A stretch of DNA of 64,000 bases. Origin: an uncultured Alphaproteobacteria bacterium (lineage in GTDB: Bacteria > Pseudomonadota > Alphaproteobacteria > Rs-D84). Each line of letters starts with the position of its first letter. Within the stretch, counting starts at the first letter, position 1. The notes below the pieces were generated by a model. It saw only the letters and a program-made list of their open reading frames with translations, ran no database searches and was not told the DNA's origin. Shown one piece after another: positions 41,196 to 49,523 of this stretch. Position numbers and translations under genes: made by a program. The DNA lies in contig CALXMU010000001.1 of the NCBI GenBank assembly GCA_944389555.1, positions 2,406 to 66,405 of the forward strand. The letters are read 5' to 3'.

Positions 41196-41935
41196 AATTA
41201 CGATATATAACTTGTTCTGATCCAAGAGAAAACGTTCCCGTAGAAGCGTTATTACGTTTATCACAACACGCATCCGTCGTGGAAATAGCCGTACAAGCGC
41301 ATCCTTCTAAAATGTCTATCGGTATGCCACGTAATCAGTGGTTTAATAGACTTTTAAAAGAAACTTTATGTATGCCAAAGGCTCCTAACTTAGCCGTTCA
41401 CGTAAACATGGAATGGTGTGATAATTTCTGTAAGGGAGTTATTGTCCCAGAAATAAAAGATTGGTTATTTCTAACCCGTACGGACGGCACACCTGTAATT
41501 CGTCGATGGCAAATAAATATTTATGGCAGTAAAACTAAAAATTTTTATGCGGAAGAAATTGCAAAATTATTGAACGAATTTCCAGATAATGAATTCATTT
41601 TCCAATACGGAAATTCAGAATATCACAGAATGAAAAATTTAGATAAGACAGGAGCTAAGTTCTCAATATTATACGACACATCTGGCGGAAAAGGGGAACT
41701 TGCAAAAACGTGGTCTTCACCGCTGTTTGAAAACCATTTTCAGGGTTATGCCGGTGGACTTTCTCCAGAAAACGTAACTGAAAACCTTGGAAAAATTGCG
41801 CGGGCTGCCGGCACCAGAACAGACATATGGATTGATGCAGAAGGCAAATTAAAAAATCCAAAGACTAAAATATTTGATATAAATAGAGCAAAACAATACA
41901 TAAATGCCGCACTAAAATGGCAAAATTCTAAATAA
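41192..41935 (+). CDS. TrpF/PRAI-like TIM-barrel protein, paralogue 1
   Basis: YITCSD, AVHVN, RWQIN, LYDTSGGKG, GYAGGLSPENV, WIDAEG. Confidence 0.6.
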   Translation: MKLRYITCSDPRENVPVEALLRLSQHASVVEIAVQAHPSKMSIGMPRNQWFNRLLKETLCMPKAPNLAVHVNMEWCDNFCKGVIVPEIKDWLFLTRTDGTPVIRRWQINIYGSKTKNFYAEEIAKLLNEFPDNEFIFQYGNSEYHRMKNLDKTGAKFSILYDTSGGKGELAKTWSSPLFENHFQGYAGGLSPENVTENLGKIARAAGTRTDIWIDAEGKLKNPKTKIFDINRAKQYINAALKWQNSK

Positions 41936-41946
41936 AGAGAAAACAA

Positions 41947-42702
41947 ATGAAAGAATTACGTTACATAACTTGCTCTGACATTAGAGAAAACATACCTGAA
42001 GACAAAATCATAGATTTATTACATCAATATCCAAAAGCAGAAATCGGTATTCAAGCGCATTGCCCTTGTATGAACGAAGGTATGCCACGAAACATTTGGT
42101 TAAATAAAATTTTAGACGAATCCGATTCTTTTTGCTATCCGTTAAATATAGCGATTCATGTAAATTATGATTGGTGTTCTGCTTTTTGTTTGGGTCAAAT
42201 TCCGGAAGCATTAAGAAATATATTAAACAGAAAACACGAAGTAACTGGATTACCAATAGTAAAAAGGTGGCAATTAAATATCGGCGATGGAACAATTATT
42301 CCCAGTGCAAAGGCGGTATCAGAGATAATCAAATCTTACCCGTATCAAGAATTTATATTTCCTTATAACGACAACCCATATATTCAAGATTTTATAAACA
42401 GACTAGATAAAACGGGCGCTAAATTTTCTTTACTTTTTGACGCATCATACGGTGCAGGGATAAGCCCAGATTATTGGAAAGCGCCTATATACGAAAATCA
42501 TTATCAAGGCTATGCGGGTGGCCTATCCCCAGAAAACGTTACCGAAAACCTTAAAAAAATCAATAATGTTACAGGAGCACGTAAAGATATATGGATTGAT
42601 GCAGAAGGTAAACTAATGAAACCAGGGACCAGAATTTTTGATTTAGATCGCGCAAAAGCATATATAATGAACGCCCTAAAATGGCACCAAAACCAAAAAT
42701 AA
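41947..42702 (+). CDS. TrpF/PRAI-like TIM-barrel protein, paralogue 2
   Basis: YITCSD, AIHVN, RWQLN, LFDASYGAG, GYAGGLSPENV, WIDAEG. Confidence 0.6.
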   Translation: MKELRYITCSDIRENIPEDKIIDLLHQYPKAEIGIQAHCPCMNEGMPRNIWLNKILDESDSFCYPLNIAIHVNYDWCSAFCLGQIPEALRNILNRKHEVTGLPIVKRWQLNIGDGTIIPSAKAVSEIIKSYPYQEFIFPYNDNPYIQDFINRLDKTGAKFSLLFDASYGAGISPDYWKAPIYENHYQGYAGGLSPENVTENLKKINNVTGARKDIWIDAEGKLMKPGTRIFDLDRAKAYIMNALKWHQNQK

Positions 42703-42729
42703 AAACCCGCAAATGCGGGTTTTTATTTA
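42697..42729. terminator. Bidirectional intrinsic terminator
   Basis: AAATAAAAACCCGC-AAAT-GCGGGTTTTTATTT. Confidence 0.85.
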
Positions 42730-43374
42730 CTTGTTAGGTATAATTTTTATTTCAACACGACGATTTTGTTGACGTCCCTCCGCCGTTGAGTTTGATGCTA
42801 TCGGGTTAGATGAACCTAAACCCATAATTTCAAATCTAGACGCTTTTACACCCTGCCCTTGCAAATATGCCGCAACGGCATTTGCACGTTGTTGTGACAA
42901 AGTCTGATTATATTCTGCGCTACCCGTACTATCTGTATAGCCAAGAACCATCACAGTTGAGTTATCATATTTGTTTAATACTTTTGCAACAGAATTTAAT
43001 GTAGCATAAAAACCTGCGTTTATATCTGAAGAATCAGTTTTAAACGTAATATTTCCCGGCATAATTAAACGAATGCTGTCTCCATCACGAACGACACTTA
43101 CACCCGTAGAGGCTAATTCTTGACGTAATTCGGCTTCTTGTACATCCAAATAGTAACCGACGCCCGTACCAACGGCGGCACCAGCCAAACCACCAACCAA
43201 TGCACCAGCGCCGCTATTTTTTGCAACTATTGCACCGGTTGCTGCACCTGTTGCAGCACCAATTGCGGTTCCCCATACCGCCTTTGACGTCTGCGCTTCA
43301 CCCGTATAAGGGTTTACCGTTGCGCATGCGCTTAACATAGAAACTATCGCCATAATAGATAAAAGTTTTTTCAT
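42727..43374 (-). CDS. OmpA-family lipoprotein with glycine zipper (YiaD-like)
   Basis: LSAC lipobox, NPYTG, Gly-zipper, GYTDSTG..YNQTLSQQRA, NRRVEI. Confidence 0.9.
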   Translation of the reverse strand: MKKLLSIMAIVSMLSACATVNPYTGEAQTSKAVWGTAIGAATGAATGAIVAKNSGAGALVGGLAGAAVGTGVGYYLDVQEAELRQELASTGVSVVRDGDSIRLIMPGNITFKTDSSDINAGFYATLNSVAKVLNKYDNSTVMVLGYTDSTGSAEYNQTLSQQRANAVAAYLQGQGVKASRFEIMGLGSSNPIASNSTAEGRQQNRRVEIKIIPNK

Positions 43375-43528
43375 AAATTCTTCTCCTTTTTTACTTCGTA
43401 ACATTATAAACATAATAAAAATAAACCGCAATTAAAGACAAGTTTTTTTAATTCTTATCAAGGTTGACAATATATTAAAATTTGTACTAGCATAAATATA
43501 CACAAATATCTAATTTAAGGGTTATTAC

Positions 43529-44275
43529 ATGAAATTACGTTACATAACTTGCTCTGGTGCAAACGAAGAAACTTCCCATGAAAAATTGATAAATTTGGCA
43601 AAACTATCAGATTTAATAGAAATAGGTATCGTGGCTAATTCTAGTATAATGCGTAAGGGAACACCGCAAAATGAATGGTTTGAACAATTATTATCCTTAA
43701 ACGAAATAAAAAACATAAATCTTGCATTGCATATAAACAGCGATTGGTGTACAGACTTTTGCAATGGGTCTATTGCCCCAGAATTAAAAAAATGGTTAAA
43801 AATTTATACATCAAATAAACAGCCTGTAATAAAACGTTGGCAATTTAATATCGGAAACGGTATGCGATTACAAGGTGTAAAAGATTTAGAAAGTATAATA
43901 AAAGATAATTCAGATAAAGAATTCATATTTTCATTTAATAAAAACCCCATAGTTGTAAATTACATGACAAAACTTTACAAAACAGGGGTTCCGTTTTCAT
44001 TATTGTATGATTCTTCTTATGGGACAGGTCGCAACCCAAAATATTGGGAAGAACCTTATTTTGCGGGTCGCACCCATGGTTACGCCGGCGGTCTTTGTGG
44101 TGAAAACATCTATCAAAACCTAGATAAGATATCCAGTGTTGTACCATATCTATATGAAACTTGGGTTGATGCCGAGTACAAACTGAAAACTCCAGAAACA
44201 AATAAATTTGATGTATCTCTTGCAAAAAATTATGTTAACAATGCTATAAAATGGCAGCAACTACATACAAGATAA
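43529..44275 (+). CDS. TrpF/PRAI-like TIM-barrel protein, paralogue 3
   Basis: YITCSG, ALHIN, RWQFN, LYDSSYGTG, GYAGGLCGENI, WVDAE. Confidence 0.6.
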   Translation: MKLRYITCSGANEETSHEKLINLAKLSDLIEIGIVANSSIMRKGTPQNEWFEQLLSLNEIKNINLALHINSDWCTDFCNGSIAPELKKWLKIYTSNKQPVIKRWQFNIGNGMRLQGVKDLESIIKDNSDKEFIFSFNKNPIVVNYMTKLYKTGVPFSLLYDSSYGTGRNPKYWEEPYFAGRTHGYAGGLCGENIYQNLDKISSVVPYLYETWVDAEYKLKTPETNKFDVSLAKNYVNNAIKWQQLHTR

Positions 44276-44312
44276 ACCAATAAAAAACCACCCAACAGGG
44301 TGGTATTTTTCT

Positions 44313-44389
44313 TGGTGGATGTTGAGGGACTCAAACCCCCGACCCTCTCGGTGTAAACGAGATGCTCTAATCAACTGAGCTAAACATCC
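44313..44389 (-). tRNA. tRNA-Val (anticodon TAC), CCA encoded
   Basis: GGATGTT-TA-GCTC-AGTTGATTA-GAGC-A-TCTCG-TTTACAC-CGAGA-GGGTC-GGGGG-TTTGAGT-CCCTC-AACATCC-A-CCA folds into a full cloverleaf. Confidence 0.93.
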
Positions 44390-44437
44390 GAAACAGCGGG
44401 TAAATGATAAACCATTTTTTTTGATTTGTCCAGTTTT

Positions 44438-44737
44438 TTATTCTGGCATAGGCATACCTGCTGTGGCTTCGCCCATTACTTTGTCAATTAAATCATCTGC
44501 TTTGCTTTTTGCATCGTTATACGCCGCGGCAACCAAAGCCGCAACGCCACTTGCACCACGAGTCATAACATCTTCGCGTATTGTTATGTCCGCTAAATCA
44601 TATTTACCGGTCATATCAATTATAACGGCACCGCTATCAGCAATCCCTTTTACATGCATAGATGCCAATTTTTCTTGAGCTGCTGTAACTTTGTTCTGTA
44701 AAGCGCTTGCTTGCGCCATCAAGGCTTCCATATCCAT
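44438..44737 (-). CDS. ybaB: YbaB/EbfC nucleoid-associated protein
   Basis: MEALMAQASALQ..VTAAQEKL, G.V...MTG, LVAAAYNDA. Confidence 0.88.
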   Translation of the reverse strand: MDMEALMAQASALQNKVTAAQEKLASMHVKGIADSGAVIIDMTGKYDLADITIREDVMTRGASGVAALVAAAYNDAKSKADDLIDKVMGEATAGMPMPE

Positions 44738-44787
44738 TTTGGGCTCCAACGGTTATAAATGCGCCCCTTTTGGGGGCGCTTTTATTA

Positions 44788-46968
44788 TTATTTTTCGATT
44801 TCTTTACCTGTCTTCTGATCAATACCAACCATAGACATACGGGTCTTACCACGTTTGTCTGGGCCTAAGTATTTAACAAATACTTTATCGCCTTCTTTAA
44901 TCTTGGTATCTTCAATCTTCGCGATTCTTTCACCGGTAATTTCAGAAATATGAACCATCGATTCAAAACCGTTTAAGATTTTTACGAACAAACCGAAATC
45001 TTTTACACCAGATACAACACCTGGATAGATGACACCGACTTCCGGTTCGGCAACGATGTCTTTTATGCGAGCCATTGCTGCATCAGCATCTTCTTTTGAT
45101 GTCGCCATAATTTTTATCGTTCCATCATCATCCAAATCTATCTGAGTGTTTGTATCGCGAGTCAACGCTTGAATAACAGCACCTCCCTTACCTATAACAT
45201 CACGAACTTTATCTGGGTTGATTTTCATTGTGTAAGCCTGCGGAGCAAATTCAGAAACATGCTTACGTGGGGCTTTGATAGCCTTTTCAATCTTCCCCAA
45301 AATGTGCATACGCCCATCTTTTGCCTGAGCCAGCGCATATTCCATAATCTCAAACGTTATTGATGTAATCTTAATATCCATCTGTAACGCAGTTATACCA
45401 CGGTCTGTACCTGTTACCTTAAAGTCCATATCACCAAGATGATCTTCGTCACCTAAAATATCTGTTAAAATGGCGTAATCATCACCTTCTTTTATCAAGC
45501 CCATTGCGATACCTGCAACCGGACGCTTCAAAGGAACACCGCCGTCCATCATTGCCAATGTCGCACCGCAAGTAGTAGCCATAGATGAAGAACCATTAGA
45601 TTCCAAAATATCAGACACAACGCGAATCACGTAATCAAATTCTTCACGGCTTGGCACCATTGGATGCAAAGCGCGCCATGCTAAATTACCGTGTCCAATT
45701 TCACGGCGACCAGGTGACTTCAAACCTTTGCATTCACCGACAGAATAACCCGGGAAATTATAATTTAAAATGAAGTCGCGTTCTTCTGCGCCATCCAAAG
45801 ATTCAATAGGCAACGCATCCTTCCCGCCCCCAAGCGTCAAAGAAACTAACGCCTGAGTTTCACCACGAGTAAACAACGCAGAACCATGTGCGCGCGGCAG
45901 AATGCCTAATTCAATTTCAATCGGGCGAACTGTTTTATTATCACGACCGTCAATACGTGGTTTACCCGCCAATATGTTCCCGCGCATAATACGCGCTGTT
46001 AAATTTTCAACAATTTCATCTGCCCAAGATTCTAATGTAGATGTTGCGGTTACCGTTTCTGGGAACAATTCAGGTATACGTGCCTTTGCTTCGGCATGTA
46101 TATTACCCAATGTTTCCAAGCGAACTAACTTTTCCTTAATCTGCAGCGCTGCCTCTATTTCACCGGCAAAAGATTCAAAATTCTGTTCCATAGCAACATA
46201 TTCTGCTGATTTTTCTGGAACAGCCCAACGTTCTTTACCTGCTTTTTCGGCCAATTCGTTGATTGCCTTGATAACATCTTGTTGTGCATCGAAACCGAAC
46301 TTAACGGCCCCCAAAGTGGTTGCTTCGTCTAATTCGCCAATTTCTGATTCAACCATCAATACGCCGTCTTTCGTTGCAGCGACAACTAAATCCATTTCTG
46401 AATCTTCCGTCATTTTCTTTGAAGGATTCAAAATATATTTACCGTCCATATATCCAACGCGCGCTGCACCAATAGGTCCCGCGAACGGCACACCAGATAA
46501 TGCCAACGCAGCAGAAGCCGCAATCATAGACAAAATGTCCGGTTGATTTTTACGGTCATAAGAAAACACCTGAACGACAATCTGAACTTTGTTCTTAAAA
46601 GTTTCTGGGAATAACGGGCGAATAGGACGATCAATCAAACGAGCAATCAATGTTTCACCTGTTGAAGCCTTTCCTTCACGTCTATCGCGAGACCCTGGAA
46701 TACGACCGGCAGAGGCAAATTTTTCTTGATAATCCACTGTCAAAGGGAAAAAGTCTTGACCTTCAACCGCTGCTTTTTCTGCGCACACAGTCGCCAAAAC
46801 CATTGTTCCGCCCATTGTTGCCAAAACAGAACCATTAGCCTGTTTTGCCATACGACCTGTTTCTAAACGTAACACTTCGTCGCCATACGGTATTTCAACC
46901 GCCACGGGATTATTTAAGTGTGTCTTTTCGTCTTTGTTAAATAAACCAAATAACATATATTTCTCCAT
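44788..46968 (-). CDS. pnp: Polyribonucleotide nucleotidyltransferase
   Basis: ETGRMAKQANG, FFPLTVDY, RREIGHG, SNGSSSMA, GDMDFKV, KH and S1 domains. Confidence 0.98.
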   Translation of the reverse strand: MEKYMLFGLFNKDEKTHLNNPVAVEIPYGDEVLRLETGRMAKQANGSVLATMGGTMVLATVCAEKAAVEGQDFFPLTVDYQEKFASAGRIPGSRDRREGKASTGETLIARLIDRPIRPLFPETFKNKVQIVVQVFSYDRKNQPDILSMIAASAALALSGVPFAGPIGAARVGYMDGKYILNPSKKMTEDSEMDLVVAATKDGVLMVESEIGELDEATTLGAVKFGFDAQQDVIKAINELAEKAGKERWAVPEKSAEYVAMEQNFESFAGEIEAALQIKEKLVRLETLGNIHAEAKARIPELFPETVTATSTLESWADEIVENLTARIMRGNILAGKPRIDGRDNKTVRPIEIELGILPRAHGSALFTRGETQALVSLTLGGGKDALPIESLDGAEERDFILNYNFPGYSVGECKGLKSPGRREIGHGNLAWRALHPMVPSREEFDYVIRVVSDILESNGSSSMATTCGATLAMMDGGVPLKRPVAGIAMGLIKEGDDYAILTDILGDEDHLGDMDFKVTGTDRGITALQMDIKITSITFEIMEYALAQAKDGRMHILGKIEKAIKAPRKHVSEFAPQAYTMKINPDKVRDVIGKGGAVIQALTRDTNTQIDLDDDGTIKIMATSKEDADAAMARIKDIVAEPEVGVIYPGVVSGVKDFGLFVKILNGFESMVHISEITGERIAKIEDTKIKEGDKVFVKYLGPDKRGKTRMSMVGIDQKTGKEIEK

Positions 46969-46984
46969 TTGTTAGTTAATAAAC

Positions 46985-47083
46985 GCGAAGAAAAATCATT
47001 CGTTTTTGCATTCACTAAAAATGCAAGAATGAACAATTTCCCCTTCGCCCTGCTGATTATAAAAGATATTTAACCGTTTGCAA
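46985..47083 (-). promoter_or_regulatory. pnp promoter and long 5'-UTR stem-loop
   Basis: TTGCAA-16-TATAAT (47083-47056); nested pairs GCGAAG/CTTCGC, CATTC/GAATG and TTGCATT/AATGCAA. Confidence 0.6.
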
Positions 47084-47088
47084 ATAAA

Positions 47089-47118
47089 AATAAAGACCGG
47101 TAAGCACCGGTCTTTATT
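47089..47118 (-). terminator. rpsO terminator
   Basis: AATAAAGACCGGT-AAGC-ACCGGTCTTTATT. Confidence 0.85.
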
Positions 47119-47390
47119 TATTTACGTAAACCTAATTTCTTAATCAGATCTTCGTATTCCGCCGAATTGCGCTTTTTAATATACGCTAATAATTTCTTGC
47201 GGCGATTTACCATCAATAACAGACCACGTTTTGAATGTTCATCTTTGTGATTATTCTTCATATGTTCTGTTAAATTGCGAATGCGTTCCGTTAAAACTGC
47301 AACTTGCGATGCAGCAGAACCACCATTATCTTTTTCAGTCGTTTTATACGCCTGAATCAGTTCGCTCTTTTTTTCTTTTGTAACGGACAT
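47118..47390 (-). CDS. rpsO: 30S ribosomal protein S15
   Basis: [13 protein letters not shown]...HKD.HS.RGLL.MV.RR..LL.Y. Confidence 0.96.
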   Translation of the reverse strand: MSVTKEKKSELIQAYKTTEKDNGGSAASQVAVLTERIRNLTEHMKNNHKDEHSKRGLLLMVNRRKKLLAYIKKRNSAEYEDLIKKLGLRK

Positions 47391-47409
47391 TACTTTTTCC
47401 TTTTTTATA

Positions 47410-48291
47410 TTAAATTGTTCGTTTTGGTCGCAAAACACCGTCCGTAACTATACCAATTCCAATAAAACAAGAACCGCTATATACACGACATAAACCGTCT
47501 TGCGCTCCCACATCGATAAACCCGCCATTTTTATACAATAAAGCTTGCTTATCTTTCAGATTCTGAACCGGAATGTCCCCCAGTCCAAAATCAACCGGTT
47601 TCAAGAATTCCTTGAAATCTGCCTTATTATTAAACAGATTTTCCAAAAAATCAAGTTGTACAGTATCTTTTATGTTAAAACCTATACTTTCTGTACGACG
47701 TATCATATCCACGGTCGCGTTTGTTCCGCATAAATTCGCTATATCGCGCGCAATAGCGCGAATATATGTTCCACGACTACACCTTACCATAAACGTCCAG
47801 TCGTCCCCTTTTATCTCTAATAGTTCTAGAGCTTCTATACGAACGTTACGTGAAGGCATAGCCTCTATTTTCTTGCCCCGACGCGCTAATTCATATGCAC
47901 GTTTACCACCTATATGTACCGCACTATAAATTGGCGGTACTTGCTTTATATCTCCAACCAATGTCGGTAATACTGATAAGACTTCTTTTTCGTTTGGTAT
48001 TATATTCGTTCTTGATATTTCTTTACCAGTTATGTCCAAGGTATCCGTTTCAAAACCAAACTGTAGCGAAAACAAATACTCTTTGACCCCAGGTCTGATT
48101 TCTTCCACAAAAGGAATCATTTTGGTTGCGTCACCAAGTGCTATCGGCAACACCCCTGAAGCCATAGGGTCCAAAGTACCAATATGACCGAAAGTTTTTA
48201 CACCAAACATATGGGCAACACGCGCCCCAGCAGTTCTGCTAAACATTCCAGAAGGTTTATCTAATAAAATAAAACCAGACGAATATGACAT
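47410..48291 (-). CDS. truB: tRNA pseudouridine(55) synthase
   Basis: [36 protein letters not shown]. Confidence 0.95.
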   Translation of the reverse strand: MSYSSGFILLDKPSGMFSRTAGARVAHMFGVKTFGHIGTLDPMASGVLPIALGDATKMIPFVEEIRPGVKEYLFSLQFGFETDTLDITGKEISRTNIIPNEKEVLSVLPTLVGDIKQVPPIYSAVHIGGKRAYELARRGKKIEAMPSRNVRIEALELLEIKGDDWTFMVRCSRGTYIRAIARDIANLCGTNATVDMIRRTESIGFNIKDTVQLDFLENLFNNKADFKEFLKPVDFGLGDIPVQNLKDKQALLYKNGGFIDVGAQDGLCRVYSGSCFIGIGIVTDGVLRPKRTI

Positions 48292-48385
48292 GTTATCAGT
48301 ATTAAACTCTTTTTTTACTTTTGTACAGGAAATATATCCTATATAATGATATAAAATACATAATTGGTCATCATAGGCAAAAATT

Positions 48386-49009
48386 ATGAAGAATTTAATA
48401 ATTATCGGCATTCCACGGGCAGGCAAAACAACATTAGCCAAATGCGTAGCACAAGAAATCGGAAAAAATGGCTATCCAGTATCTGTCGTATCTGCCGACG
48501 CAATACTTGGCGGTCTAACACAAATTCGCAAAAAAAGCTTTTTTTATACAGCCGTAGTTAGACCTTGTAAACATATATTACCTTTCATATCAACGGCTTA
48601 TAAAATAAAGCTGATGAGTGATTTATATAAATTTGTTCCACGTTTTTTATCGGAACAATCTGAGGTTTTAACCGTCATATATGAAGATCCTTATTTATCT
48701 ATTGATACAGCAAAACAAATTTTTAATAAGAAAAAATTCAAAATTGTTGCAATAGGTTATCCAAATGCAGATATAGATAAGAAAATCGCAGACATTAGAA
48801 AATTTGACGGCAACACACCCGCCAATCGCAAAAATGACGAAAAATTACATATTTTCGTTCAAACAATGATTAACAATAGCCGTAATCTGGCCGCAAAAGC
48901 AAAAAAACATAAAATACTTTTCATAGATACGTAAAATAACTACAACGCCGAAATAAAAAAATTTGCAAAAAGTGCCACGCAATTTTTATGCAACGCAGAA
49001 GCAAATTAA
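48386..49009 (+). pseudogene. P-loop NTPase (nucleoside kinase-like), probably truncated by an in-frame TAA at 48932-48934
   Basis: IIIGIPRAGKTT Walker A. After FIDT-TAA the frame continues for 24 more codons to TAA at 49007-49009, 2 nt from the convergent gene. Confidence 0.55.
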
Positions 49010-49011
49010 CA

Positions 49012-49512
49012 TTAGCGCCCCAGCCTTCTACGCAGTTTAGACTCTATTTTATTAACTGATTTTATAAATCTTACCCATTCTGTTTTATTAAACGGGCGTC
49101 TTGGCCAAACCTGATAAAAATTATTTAAGTTTATGACGGCGTTTGCCATACTTTCATTAAATGATATTTCTTTATATTCTCTATTTACTACCTTAGCGCT
49201 GCTTTTCTCTATAGTTTTATCCATTGGAACAGTTACAAACATCTTACCGGAATCGGTCTTTCTTAAATAAAGACCACACAAAAAAGCGCTAATCCATTTA
49301 ATATCAGATTTATACAATTCTTCTTCAAAACGCACTTCGTATCGTACGCCCAACCGAAATATAGGCAATCCTGTAGATAATTTACTACGTTTATGTGAAC
49401 GCATAAAATCAAAATCTTTTAAAAAATACCGCAAAGAATCAAAATTATAAAATTCACGATATGATGGTTTATAAAACGGGGTTTTGAATACAATTATTGG
49501 GCGTACATACAT
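49012..49512 (-). CDS. Hypothetical basic protein
   Basis: AAGGA RBS before ATG 49512; AT-rich; no recognisable domain; ends KLRRRLGR. Confidence 0.6.
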   Translation of the reverse strand: MYVRPIIVFKTPFYKPSYREFYNFDSLRYFLKDFDFMRSHKRSKLSTGLPIFRLGVRYEVRFEEELYKSDIKWISAFLCGLYLRKTDSGKMFVTVPMDKTIEKSSAKVVNREYKEISFNESMANAVINLNNFYQVWPRRPFNKTEWVRFIKSVNKIESKLRRRLGR

Positions 49513-49523
49513 AGTTATTCCTT

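Noticed and set aside
41192-44275. Annotating the TIM-barrel genes as trpF
   Set aside because: Only the C-terminal phosphate-binding motifs resemble TrpF. The N-terminal KICG motif and trp context are missing.
43529-44389. tRNA-Val as an integration site for the TIM-barrel genes
   Set aside because: No duplicated tRNA 3' end and no integrase were seen downstream.
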